64,000 nt of DNA from Phycisphaeraceae bacterium (GTDB lineage Bacteria > Planctomycetota > Phycisphaerae > Phycisphaerales > UBA1924). Below are positions 17,749 through 26,951 of the stretch, one piece after another. Every line of letters starts with the position of its first letter. Positions within the stretch are counted from its first letter, which is position 1. The position numbers were made by a program, and so were the translations under genes. A model generated the notes under the pieces. It was not told the origin of the DNA. It saw nothing but the letters and a program-made list of their open reading frames with translations, and searched no databases. The DNA is taken from assembly GCA_039794205.1 (NCBI GenBank), contig JBDIVU010000001.1, positions 223,794-287,793 on the forward strand, written 5' to 3'.

Positions 17749-18515
17749 GAGTACGCAACAACGGTCAATCCGCCGCGGTCTTCGCCGCTGTGCTGGCGAC
17801 GGGAGTCTTCGCGTCCGCGGCGTTCGGGCAGGACGGCGCCGGGGCGCGGGTGTCGCTGCTCGAAGCGTTCTTCATTCAGAAGAACCCGCGCACGGGCGAT
17901 GTCGAACTCTTCGGCAGCATGATCGTCTGGACGCTGCTGCTGATGTCGGTCGCGTCGTTGGCGCTGATCGGCGTGCTGCTGCGCGCGAATAGACGCGACG
18001 CGGTGATCCCGCCGAAACTCGTCGCGGAGGTGCGCGCGCTGGCGCGGGGCGGCAACCGCGACGCCGTGATGAGGCTCTCGAAGGACGACCGCTCGCACCT
18101 GGCGAACGTGCTGCGCGCGACTCTGGCGGAGTTCGAGTTCGGCCGATCCGCGATGCGCCGCGCGCTCGAACGCGCCGCCGACGAGTGCACCGCGGAACGG
18201 CTCCGGCGCATCGAGGTTCTTAATATCCTCGGGTCCGTCGCGCCGATGATCGGGCTTTTCGGGACGGTCTACGGCATGATCCTCGCGTTCGGGGAGATCG
18301 TCGCGTCGGGCGGTTCGCCCGACCCCGTCGGCCTCGCCGCGGGCATCGGGACGGCGCTGACGACGACGTTCTGGGGGCTTGTCGTCGCGATCCCCGCGCT
18401 CGCGGGGTACGCCTTCATCCGCAACGGGATCGACGCCCTGACGAGCGAGGCCTCGCTGCTCGTCGACGACATGATCAACCACTTCCGCCCGGCGTCGGGC
18501 GCCGACACAGAATAA
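17745..18515 (+). CDS. MotA/TolQ/ExbB-family proton-channel protein
   Basis: Signal/TM start followed by the conserved MotA_ExbB helix pair (APMIGLFGTVYGMILAF .. LTTTFWGLVVAIPA). No ExbD/TolR partner follows. Confidence 0.78.
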   Translation: MRVRNNGQSAAVFAAVLATGVFASAAFGQDGAGARVSLLEAFFIQKNPRTGDVELFGSMIVWTLLLMSVASLALIGVLLRANRRDAVIPPKLVAEVRALARGGNRDAVMRLSKDDRSHLANVLRATLAEFEFGRSAMRRALERAADECTAERLRRIEVLNILGSVAPMIGLFGTVYGMILAFGEIVASGGSPDPVGLAAGIGTALTTTFWGLVVAIPALAGYAFIRNGIDALTSEASLLVDDMINHFRPASGADTE

Positions 18516-18519
18516 TATT

Positions 18520-19401
18520 ATGATTGAACGCCGCGATCTCGCCCGACGCATCGACCACACCTTGCTCAAGCCCGAAGCGACCGAGGCGGACGTGCGCGCG
18601 CTCGTCGCTGAGGCGCTCGGGCACGGGTTCGCGGCGGTTTGCGTCAATCCGGTCTTTGTGCCGCTGGTCAGGGGGCTGCTGGATGACGGTTCGCGCACGG
18701 GCGGGACGCCCGTGCCACTGGGTAATGGTTCGCGCACGGGCGGGACGCCCGTGCCACTGGGTAATGGTTCGCGCACGGGCGGGACGCCCGTGCCACTGGG
18801 TGACGCTTCGCGCACGGGCGAGACGCCCGTGCCACTGGGGATGGCGCCCGTGCCACTGGGTGGGGCGCCGGCGCTCTGCACGGTCGCGTCGTTCCCACTA
18901 GGCGCGGCGACTGTGATGCAGCGCGCCATCGAGGCGACGCAGTCCGTCAAAGCCGGCGCCGAGGAGATCGACCTCGTCGCGTGGCTGCCGCGGCTGATCG
19001 CGCGCGACGCCGCCGGGCTGCGCGGCGATCTCATCGAGACGGTGCGCGCCGTTCGCGCCGCCCGCCCGTCGTGCGTCGTCAAGGTCATAATCGAGTCCGC
19101 GGCGTTGCGGGCCGCAGCGTCGAGCGATGACGAGTTCGAAGCCATGATCGCCGCTGCCTGTGCCGCGTCGCGCGAAGCCGGGTGCGATTACGTCAAGACC
19201 TCGACCGGGTTCCACCCCGCCGGCGGTGCGACGATCGAAGCGGTCCGGCTTATGAAAAAGCACGCGGGCGGGCTGAAGGTCAAGGCGTCCGGCGGGATCC
19301 GCGACTACGCCACCGCGTCCGCGATGATCGACGCCGGCGCCGACCGCGTCGGCGCGTCCGCGTCGGTAGCGATAGTCGCGGCGGCGCCGGCGTCGATCTG
19401 A
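18520..19401 (+). CDS. deoC: Deoxyribose-phosphate aldolase carrying an in-frame ~58-aa insertion encoded by a hairpin-repeat array
   Basis: DeoC blocks HTLLKPEAT, VCVNP, CTVASFPLGA and the Schiff-base region YVKTSTGF are intact. Between VRGLLDD and APALCTV the sequence reads GSRTGGTPVPLGN x3 plus a degenerate copy, which is the translation of the 39-bp repeat units. Confidence 0.8.
   Translation: MIERRDLARRIDHTLLKPEATEADVRALVAEALGHGFAAVCVNPVFVPLVRGLLDDGSRTGGTPVPLGNGSRTGGTPVPLGNGSRTGGTPVPLGDASRTGETPVPLGMAPVPLGGAPALCTVASFPLGAATVMQRAIEATQSVKAGAEEIDLVAWLPRLIARDAAGLRGDLIETVRAVRAARPSCVVKVIIESAALRAAASSDDEFEAMIAAACAASREAGCDYVKTSTGFHPAGGATIEAVRLMKKHAGGLKVKASGGIRDYATASAMIDAGADRVGASASVAIVAAAPASI
18688..18863. 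repeat. Four 39-bp tandem units (GGTTCGCGCACGGGCGGGACGCCCGTGCCACTGGGTAAT) plus a partial unit, inside the deoC ORF
   Basis: Direct reading. The period of 39 bp equals 13 codons, so the reading frame is preserved. Confidence 0.85.
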
Positions 19402-20516
19402 TCGAGCGCCCAGCGAACCGCGGGCACACACACCGCGTCCCCGAGCGCGAAGAGCATCGCGTCCTCGCCGATCCCCGCAGGGATCGTGTCGCCGGCGCCT
19501 TGCAGCCGCATGCACTCTCTCGCTGTGAGATGGCGGACGCGCATCACGCCGAGGCCGAGTTCTACGAGGATCTGCTTGGCGCTCCCGCCTTTGGGCGTGC
19601 GCAGACAGCCCGCGACGCCGTCGAACCGCAGTTCCGCGACCGAGCGTTTGACGCCCGCGATCGCGCGGACCCGGCGGAACGCCGTGGCGTGAGTGACGGC
19701 GCCGGCGTCGCGGCGTTTATTAAGTTCCGCTAGATGGTTCGGATGCGCCTGATTAATAAAATAAGTTACGCGCTCGGCGCTCCACCACCGCGGAGAGTCC
19801 GCGTCGATCGGCTCGACGATGTCTTCAATAGTCGTGCCGCGCGCAGGCAGCGGCGGGAGGTCGCGCGCGTGCCAGACGAGATCGGGCGCTGCGCGCATCG
19901 CAGCGATGACGCCCGCGTGGCGGGCTTCGGTTGGCTCGAGCGTCAAGGGGTCCGCGGGCGTCGGCGCCGACGGGTCGTCGAGCCTGGTGGCGATCAGGAA
20001 CAGCCGGGGGCGGGATTGCGGCGTGAAGCGCTCGGCGTTCACGCGCAGCGCGTCCACGCCGAACCCGATCTCGTTGAGCGCCGCGACAAGAGCGCGGAAG
20101 TCCCGCCCGCTGTGGCTCGACAACAACCCCGGCACATTTTCCAGGAACACCCAGCGCGGGCGAGCCGTCTGCGATGTCTGACGCAGAAGTTCCAGCACGC
20201 GCCAGACCGCGCCCGACTGACCGGCGTGGATCCCCGCGCGCCCGCCCGCAAGGCTCAGGTCCGTGCACGGGAACGACGCGGTCCACAGTTCGCAAGGCGG
20301 GATGTCGCCCGGGGCGACCTCGGCGACGTCGCGCGTGTCGAGGTGATCGTCGCCGGGATGGAGCGCGCGGTAGATCGCGGCTTTGGCGGGGTCGATGTCG
20401 TTGGCGTAGGCGACGGTCCATCGGCGTCGGGCGCGCGGGGATTCGAGCGCGGCGCGGACGAGTCCCATGCCCGCGAAGAACTCCGCCGCTGTGCCGCTGC
20501 CCGGATGGATCGCCAT
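19305..20516 (-). CDS. DNA (cytosine-5)-methyltransferase (Dcm-like); no cognate restriction enzyme nearby
   Basis: Motif I FFAGMGL, PC motif SFPCTDLSLAGG, ENV motif FLENVPGLL, motif VIII QSRPRLFLIA. ATG at 20514-20516 (MAIHPGSG..). The 3' end overlaps deoC convergently by about 97 bp. Confidence 0.78.
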   Translation of the reverse strand: MAIHPGSGTAAEFFAGMGLVRAALESPRARRRWTVAYANDIDPAKAAIYRALHPGDDHLDTRDVAEVAPGDIPPCELWTASFPCTDLSLAGGRAGIHAGQSGAVWRVLELLRQTSQTARPRWVFLENVPGLLSSHSGRDFRALVAALNEIGFGVDALRVNAERFTPQSRPRLFLIATRLDDPSAPTPADPLTLEPTEARHAGVIAAMRAAPDLVWHARDLPPLPARGTTIEDIVEPIDADSPRWWSAERVTYFINQAHPNHLAELNKRRDAGAVTHATAFRRVRAIAGVKRSVAELRFDGVAGCLRTPKGGSAKQILVELGLGVMRVRHLTARECMRLQGAGDTIPAGIGEDAMLFALGDAVCVPAVRWALDQIDAGAAATIATDADAPTRSAPASIIADAVA

Positions 20517-20579
20517 GCCTGGGAGCGTACCCGACCGGCGACGCCGCGACACGGGCGCCGCGACGAGTAGGATGCAGCG

Positions 20580-23309
20580 ATGCCTACGACACCGGGGACA
20601 GTCGCGTGGCACGAGATGGACGCCGAGACGGCGCTCGATCGGCTCGGCGCGAGTCCGCACGGGCTGACGCATGAGGAAGCGTCGTCGCGGCTCGGAGAAT
20701 ACGGGCCGAACGAGATCAGCGTGGCGCGAGGCGTCTCGCCTTGGCGCATCCTGCTGCATCAGTTCACAAGCCCGCTTATTTACATCCTGCTGGTCGCGAT
20801 GATCGTGACGCTGGCGATCGGACATCACGCCGACGCGGCGGTTATCGCCGCGGTGCTGGTGGTCAACGCGGTGATCGGTTTCATACAGGAGTTCCGCGCG
20901 GAGAACGCGATGCAGGCGTTGCTCGAGATGGTGGCGCCGCGCGCCGCGGTCCGGCGTGACGGCGAACGCCGGGAGATCGAGGCGCGCGGGTTAGTCCCGG
21001 GCGACATCGTCCTTCTCGAATCCGGCGACATCGTTCCCGCGGACCTGCGCCTGATAGAAGAATCCAATCTGCTCGTTGATGAGGCGATCCTCACCGGCGA
21101 GTCCGTCGCGGTGGGCAAGAACGCCGCGACGCTCGAAACCGGCAAGGGCGCGTCGCTCGGGGATCGGCTGAATATGGCGTTCTCGGGTACAGCCGTGGCG
21201 TCCGGTCGCGGGCGCGGGGTTGTCGTCGCGACCGGCTCGCGCACGCAGATCGGCCTGATCGCGGGCGAGATGCAGGCGACCGAGCGAGCCCTGACGCCGC
21301 TGCAGACGCGGATGAAACGTTTCGGCAATCTTGTGAGCGTTGTCATTCTCGCAGTAAGCGTCGTGGTGTTCTTCGTCGGCGTGTCGCGCGGGCAGAGCGC
21401 GGGCGAGATGTTCCTGACCGCGGTCGCGGTCGCCGTGTCGGCGATTCCCGAGGGGCTGCCCGTCGTGATGACCGTCGCGCTCGCGGTCGGCGTCCGGCGG
21501 ATGGCGAAGCGCAACGCCATCGTCCGCCGGCTCCCCGCCGTCGAGACGCTCGGCTCGTGCACGGTCGTCCTCTCGGACAAGACCGGCACGCTCACCGAGA
21601 ACCGCATGACGGCGCAGACGCTCGCCGCGGGGGGAGCGCGATATTCGTTCCGAGGCGAGGGGCTTGATCCCGCGGGCGAGATCCTCGGCGCCGACGGCGC
21701 GCAAGTCGATCCTGAACATAATGAACCGCTGCGACGAGCGCTCCTCGCCGGCGTTCTTAATAATGAAGCCGACCTGCGCAGACGCGACGACGGCGACGGC
21801 TGGCGCGCGATCGGCGACCCGACCGAGGTCGCGCTGCTTGTCGCTGCGGGTCGCGCGGGGCTTGATCGTGAAACCCTGCTCGACGAACATCCGCGCACGC
21901 ACCACGTGCCGTTCGAATCGGATCGGCAGTTCTCAGCGACGATCAACCGCGGTCCGGACGGGCGCGAATCTGTTTACGTCAAGGGCGCGCCGGAGCGCGT
22001 GCTCGAGATGTGCGATCGCGCTATCGGCGCCGGGGGGGAGACGCCGCTCGACCGCGAGTCGATACTGGAACAGGCGGATGAACTGGCGCGCGATGGGCTT
22101 CGGCTGCTGGCGCTCGCAGCGGGCGACACTGATGAGGCGCTCGACGCGACACGCCGGGGCGAGCCGGCGGGGCTTTCGTTCCTCGGGCTGGTCGGCATGA
22201 TTGATCCGCCTCGCGCGGAGGTGCGCGACGCGGTGCGCGGCTGCCACCGCTCGGGGATCCGCGTGATCATGTGCACCGGCGATCACGCGGCGACAGCCTC
22301 GGCGATCGCGGGACGCATCGGGCTTGAGCCTGATCTCGAACCCGGCGCGACGCCCGAGGTCGTCACCGGCGCGGAACTGGCGCGCATGGACGACGATCGG
22401 CTGCGCGAGGTCGTCGCGCGGGTGCGCGTCTTCGCGCGGATGAACCCGACGCAGAAACTTAGAATCGTCGGCGCGCTCCGCGCGATCGGAGAGGTCGTCG
22501 CTGTGACGGGCGACGGCGTCAACGATGCGCCAGCGCTCAAGGCGGCGCACATCGGCTGCGCGATGGGACAGACCGGCACGGACGTAGCCAAGGCGGCGAG
22601 TGAGATGGTCCTCGCCGACGATAACTTCGCGACGATATACGCAGCGGTCGAAGAGGGGCGCACCGCGTTCTCGAACATACGCAAGGCGACTAACTTCCTC
22701 GTCGCGGGTGCGATCGGGATGGTGCTCGCGGTGCTCGGCGCGTTCGTGCTCGGGACGCCGATCCCGCTGCTGCCGGCGCAGATCCTGTGGGTCAATGTCG
22801 TGACCAACGGCATACAGGACGTGGCGATGGCGTTCGAGCCGGGCGAGCGTGATCAACTCGAACGCCCGCCACGCTCGATGCGCGAGGGCGTCATGTCGGT
22901 GTACCTGATCGAGCAGAGCGTGCTGGTCGGGATGCTGTTCGCGGTCGCGGCGATCGGCGCGTACGCGTGGGAAATCCATCAGGGCATGAGCGGGGAATAC
23001 GCGCGGACCGCAGCGACGACGATGCTCGTCGTCTTCCTAGCGCTGCACATCGGGTCGTGCCGATCCGAGTTCCGCTCGATCTTCAGGAAAAGCCCGCTGT
23101 CGAACCCGGTGCTGCTGATCGGGACGCTGACTGCGCTGGGTGTGCATGTTGGTTCTATGTATCTGGGTCCGACGCGGGCGCTGCTGCGCTTTGAGCCGCT
23201 CGAGGCGCGATCGTGGCTGACGATAATAATGTTTGCGCCGCTGGTGGTCGTGCTGGTCGAGGCGCACAAGGCGGTGCGCGGGCCGGGCGCGAGGCGGGCG
23301 CGGCGCTGA
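20580..23309 (+). CDS. Cation-transporting P-type ATPase (type II, Ca2+/Mg2+-like)
   Basis: Phosphorylation site DKTGTLT, TGES actuator motif (TGESVAV), hinge VTGDGVNDAPALK, and 10 predicted TM helices. 909 aa. Confidence 0.88.
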   Translation: MPTTPGTVAWHEMDAETALDRLGASPHGLTHEEASSRLGEYGPNEISVARGVSPWRILLHQFTSPLIYILLVAMIVTLAIGHHADAAVIAAVLVVNAVIGFIQEFRAENAMQALLEMVAPRAAVRRDGERREIEARGLVPGDIVLLESGDIVPADLRLIEESNLLVDEAILTGESVAVGKNAATLETGKGASLGDRLNMAFSGTAVASGRGRGVVVATGSRTQIGLIAGEMQATERALTPLQTRMKRFGNLVSVVILAVSVVVFFVGVSRGQSAGEMFLTAVAVAVSAIPEGLPVVMTVALAVGVRRMAKRNAIVRRLPAVETLGSCTVVLSDKTGTLTENRMTAQTLAAGGARYSFRGEGLDPAGEILGADGAQVDPEHNEPLRRALLAGVLNNEADLRRRDDGDGWRAIGDPTEVALLVAAGRAGLDRETLLDEHPRTHHVPFESDRQFSATINRGPDGRESVYVKGAPERVLEMCDRAIGAGGETPLDRESILEQADELARDGLRLLALAAGDTDEALDATRRGEPAGLSFLGLVGMIDPPRAEVRDAVRGCHRSGIRVIMCTGDHAATASAIAGRIGLEPDLEPGATPEVVTGAELARMDDDRLREVVARVRVFARMNPTQKLRIVGALRAIGEVVAVTGDGVNDAPALKAAHIGCAMGQTGTDVAKAASEMVLADDNFATIYAAVEEGRTAFSNIRKATNFLVAGAIGMVLAVLGAFVLGTPIPLLPAQILWVNVVTNGIQDVAMAFEPGERDQLERPPRSMREGVMSVYLIEQSVLVGMLFAVAAIGAYAWEIHQGMSGEYARTAATTMLVVFLALHIGSCRSEFRSIFRKSPLSNPVLLIGTLTALGVHVGSMYLGPTRALLRFEPLEARSWLTIIMFAPLVVVLVEAHKAVRGPGARRARR

Positions 23310-23324
23310 TGGTGCGCTGCGCCG

Positions 23325-23355
23325 AAAGCCCAGGGATGAAATCCCTGGGCTTTGG
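23325..23355. terminator. Type-1 palindrome GAAAGCCCAGGGATgaaATCCCTGGGCTTTG between convergent genes
   Basis: Perfect inverted repeat located 16 bp after the P-type ATPase stop codon. Confidence 0.5.
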
Positions 23356-23372
23356 TCGGGATTGAGGCTCAA

Positions 23373-23483
23373 CGGGCACGGCTCGGAGAGCCGTGCCACC
23401 CCGGAGCGCACGGGCGGGACGCCCGTGCCACTGTGAAACCGCGCCACTGTGAAACCGTGCCACTGAGAAGTTGTGCCACCCTG
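23373..23483. repeat. Hairpin-repeat array: CACGGCTCGGAGAGCCGTG palindrome, GCGCACGGGCGGGACGCCCGTGCCACTG, then 2 short TGAAACCGYGCCACTG units
   Basis: Direct reading. Confidence 0.8.
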
Positions 23484-23492
23484 GGCCGCGGG

Positions 23493-25538
23493 TCAGGGTG
23501 AAGCGGCGGTCACGCGAGGCTCCGCGGGGTGTGAGGCTTGTTCGATCGCGTTCTGAGGGAGGACGCCGAGGATGAAGCGAGTGGGGTGTTCGCGCGAGCG
23601 ATGCACACGGTGCGTCGCGGATACAAAGTCTTCCGCCTTTGCCAGGAAGATGTTGTCAACCCACGACTGCGGGTTGCGATCGACCAGCGGGAACCACGTC
23701 GATTGGATCTGGATCATCAGCCGATGCCCAGGCTCGAAAGTGTGCAGCACGTCCTGGAGCGGCAGACGCACGAGCGTAGGCTCGTTCGGGGTGAATGGGA
23801 CCGCTCGCTCGGGGCCTTCGCGGAAACGCCCGCGGATGACTTCAGAGCGGACCATCATCTGATACCCGCCGGTGCGCTGCGAGTCCCGGCGTTCCTTGAA
23901 GTCGGGATGGTCGCCGGGGTGAACGTCGATGATCTTAACTACCCAGTCGGCGTCGCGCTGATCCGTCGATACCCACAGGTCCGCGACGATCGGGCCGGCG
24001 AGAGTCAGCGGCTCGTCGAGAGTGTCGGTCTGGTACACCAGCACGTCGGGCCGACGACCGGCGAAACGCTGGTCCTCGGTCATGTAGCTCGCGACCATGC
24101 CGGTCGAGACGAACTCGGTGTAGGGGACGGGCTTGGCGGGGTCGGAGACGAACTCGTCGTACGCGACGGACTCTGTCGGTCGGCTGTCGAACTCGAGCGA
24201 CCCGCCGGGCTTGGCGAAGAGTTGTTTTTCGACGAGGTCGGCGGGCGGCCAGTTGTCGAAGGCGCGCCAGCGGTTGCGCCCGGTCTCGAAGACGCTGGCC
24301 TCGGGGAGGTCGGGGGCTTGGCCTTCGCCGAGGAGGTGGTAGTCGAAGAACGGCTGCTCGATGCGGGTGCGATAGAACTCGGAGATCCCCTCGCCGAAGT
24401 ACGCGTCGCCGAGCTGCGCGCCGCTGGACCTGGCCCATCCGCCGTGACGCCAGGGGCCCATGACGAGGCGGTTGTTGATGCGCGGGTTCTTATGTTCGAT
24501 CGAGCGGTAGATCTGGAGCGGGCCGTAGAGGTCCTCCGCGTCGAACCAGCCGCCGACGGTCAGGACGTTCGGCGCCACGCGGTTGAGGTGCGGGAGAATA
24601 TTGCGTTTCTGCCAGAACTCGTCGTAGTTGGGGTGGGCGATGGTCTCGTTCCAGAAGGCGATCTGCCCGTCGGCGTAGTCGGGGCCGTTGAGTGTTGACA
24701 GCGGGCCGACGTGGTTGAGGTAGAAGTCGTAGCCGTCGGCGGTGGGGTATCGCCAGGGGCGCGGGGGGCGTGTGGTTGTGGGTTCCGGTCGGGGCAGGCC
24801 GAAGACGGAGATGAAGTTGAAAGTGTGGGGGAGGAAGAAGGCGCCGTGATGGTGGAAGTCGTCGTACCACCAGTCGGCGATGGGCGCCTGCGGGCTTGAC
24901 GCGACGAGGTTGGGGTGGGCGTCGATCATGCTCGCGGCGGCGTAGAAGCCGGGGTAGGAGATTCCCCACAGGCCGACGCGGCCGTTGTTCCCGGGGATGT
25001 TGTTGATGAGCCAATCGACGGTGTCGTAGGTGTCGGTGCTCTCGTCGATGTCGGTGTTCGAGCGCTTGACGGGGACGTGGGGCGTCATGTTGACGAACTC
25101 GCCCTCGGAGTTCCAGGCGCCTCGCACGTCCTGATAGACGATTATGTAGTTCTTGAGCGCGTAGTTCTGATGCGGGCCGATGAACGCGGGGAAGTTGTCC
25201 GCGCCGTACGGCCGGGCGGAGTAGGGGGTGCGCATCATGAGGATGGGCCGCTGCGCCATCATGTTCTTAGGTGTGTAGACGGTTGTGTGAAGGCGCACGC
25301 CGTCACGCATGGGGACGGCGTGCTCGGCTTTGTTGTAGTTGGCGCGGATCCATTCCGGGCCGGCGCCGGGGGGGAACTGCGGGCCTCGGCTGACGGCGGG
25401 GGTTTCGGTCGCGGGGGCGGTGTCGGCGGCGCGATCGGCGCTCGTCGAGGCGCAGCCGCTGAGTGTCAGCGACAAGCCGAGGAGAGCGAGCGGGAGGATC
25501 TCGGCGATCGCTGCGCGACGCGGGTTTGATCGGAACAT
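23493..25538 (-). CDS. CocE/NonD-family (S15, Xaa-Pro dipeptidyl-peptidase-like) serine hydrolase; predicted lipoprotein
   Basis: Lipobox LTLSGC, nucleophile elbow GISYPG, and a family-typical length of 681 aa with a C-terminal beta-sandwich region. Confidence 0.75.
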   Translation of the reverse strand: MFRSNPRRAAIAEILPLALLGLSLTLSGCASTSADRAADTAPATETPAVSRGPQFPPGAGPEWIRANYNKAEHAVPMRDGVRLHTTVYTPKNMMAQRPILMMRTPYSARPYGADNFPAFIGPHQNYALKNYIIVYQDVRGAWNSEGEFVNMTPHVPVKRSNTDIDESTDTYDTVDWLINNIPGNNGRVGLWGISYPGFYAAASMIDAHPNLVASSPQAPIADWWYDDFHHHGAFFLPHTFNFISVFGLPRPEPTTTRPPRPWRYPTADGYDFYLNHVGPLSTLNGPDYADGQIAFWNETIAHPNYDEFWQKRNILPHLNRVAPNVLTVGGWFDAEDLYGPLQIYRSIEHKNPRINNRLVMGPWRHGGWARSSGAQLGDAYFGEGISEFYRTRIEQPFFDYHLLGEGQAPDLPEASVFETGRNRWRAFDNWPPADLVEKQLFAKPGGSLEFDSRPTESVAYDEFVSDPAKPVPYTEFVSTGMVASYMTEDQRFAGRRPDVLVYQTDTLDEPLTLAGPIVADLWVSTDQRDADWVVKIIDVHPGDHPDFKERRDSQRTGGYQMMVRSEVIRGRFREGPERAVPFTPNEPTLVRLPLQDVLHTFEPGHRLMIQIQSTWFPLVDRNPQSWVDNIFLAKAEDFVSATHRVHRSREHPTRFILGVLPQNAIEQASHPAEPRVTAASP

Positions 25539-25588
25539 GGCGGCGTTCTCCTCGGGTGCGGCGCGTCGGCGCCGGCGTGGGGTTCGGG

Positions 25589-26887
25589 TCAGGGCGCCTG
25601 CTGCTTGAGCAGGGTGTCGAGGAATGTCTCCTCGGCATGTCGGTACCGCTCGAACGCGGCGCCGATGCGTCGGATGTAGGTTTCGAGCGCTTCGCCGTCG
25701 GTCGGGCGGGAGGGTCGCTCGGACGCGATGACGGATTCGAGGGCCTCGGAAGCGGCGCGGAGGTCGCTGACGGCGCCGGCGTAGGTGCGGGCCGAGTCGT
25801 AGAGGAGTTCGTACTCGAGCTCCCTCGTCTTGGGCCGATACAGGAGGCGCCAGGGCGATCGGCGGATCTCGCCCATCGTAAGTTTGAGTTCCTCGGACGC
25901 GAGGCGCAGGTTCGCCATCGCGACGCGGACCTCGGGTTCCTCCTCGCGCAGCAGAGAGGAAGCGCGGTCGATGATCTCGCCGGCGTCGGCGACGCGGGCG
26001 CGGCCCTCGGCGAGCATGTCGTTGAGCATGTTCAGCGTTTCGTCGTTGAACCGGGCCAGCAGCGCGTCGGCGCGCTCCGTCGCGCGTTCGATGTTGGCGA
26101 CGGTGCTGTTGAACGCGGGGCGGTTCTCGTCGACGACGCTGCGCATGTCGGCGATGAACGCGCGGGCGTCCGTGACGGCGGCGCCGGTCTCGCGGGAAAT
26201 GGTCACGAACTCATCGAGGATCTCGTCGGCGTTGTCGAACCAGCCGGCCGAGCGTGCGCGGGCGTCGGCGGTGATGGCGGCGGCGTCGCCGGCGGCCTGT
26301 TCAAACTGCGGGAAGATGCGCTGCTCGAAGTCGCGCGCGACGGCCTCGGCGGACTTTGTGATCTCGTCGAGGCGGTCGAAGATTGTGCGGAGTTGTTCGG
26401 ACTGGGCCGACCCGTAGCCCGCGTTGCGGAGGAGTTCGGGGGGTGCGATCTCGCCGCGGAGCATGCCGCCGGTATCGAGTTTCTGGAGCGAGGAGTCGGC
26501 GCCGCCGAGGGACGGGAAGTTGATTACAGATGCCGAGCCGAAGAGAGGTCTTTCGAGGAAGGCGACGGCGTCGGGGAAGATGGGAATGGAGCGTTCGACG
26601 TTGATTGTGACATCGACGCCGACGGGCGGGCGTCCGGGTTCTTCGAAGGCGAGGTCGATGCGTGCGACGCTGCCGACGCTGCGTCCGCCGATGCGGACGT
26701 CGGAACCGATTTCGAGCCCGGTCGCGCCGGTTTCGAGGGGGAAGCGCACGACGTAGGGGGTGGTTCGTCGCCAGAGGTCGGACCCGCCGGAGAGCGAGAT
26801 GAGGATTGTGACGAAAACCGCGAGGGTGAAGAAAACGAACGCTCCGGCGCGGACGTGTGTGGCGCGGCTGAGGTCGATCACGGCCAT
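25589..26887 (-). CDS. MlaD/MCE-domain protein (ABC-transporter periplasmic component)
   Basis: N-terminal TM anchor, MCE-like beta-rich domain, and a long helical C-terminus. Lies directly downstream of the MlaF-like ATPase. Confidence 0.65.
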   Translation of the reverse strand: MAVIDLSRATHVRAGAFVFFTLAVFVTILISLSGGSDLWRRTTPYVVRFPLETGATGLEIGSDVRIGGRSVGSVARIDLAFEEPGRPPVGVDVTINVERSIPIFPDAVAFLERPLFGSASVINFPSLGGADSSLQKLDTGGMLRGEIAPPELLRNAGYGSAQSEQLRTIFDRLDEITKSAEAVARDFEQRIFPQFEQAAGDAAAITADARARSAGWFDNADEILDEFVTISRETGAAVTDARAFIADMRSVVDENRPAFNSTVANIERATERADALLARFNDETLNMLNDMLAEGRARVADAGEIIDRASSLLREEEPEVRVAMANLRLASEELKLTMGEIRRSPWRLLYRPKTRELEYELLYDSARTYAGAVSDLRAASEALESVIASERPSRPTDGEALETYIRRIGAAFERYRHAEETFLDTLLKQQAP

Positions 26888-26951
26888 GGGTCATGCTCCG
26901 TCGCCGGGCATGTCGCCGGGCGGGGGGTCATTCTTGCATAAACCGCTGGAG

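Noticed and set aside
18688-18863. Possible CRISPR array (regular 39-bp spacing of a palindromic ~24-bp repeat); the same question applies at 32815-32955 and 33233-33336
   Set aside because: The inter-repeat segments are identical within each array (true tandem repeats, no unique spacers). The arrays are 2-4 units long. No cas genes are present. One array is an in-frame coding insertion.
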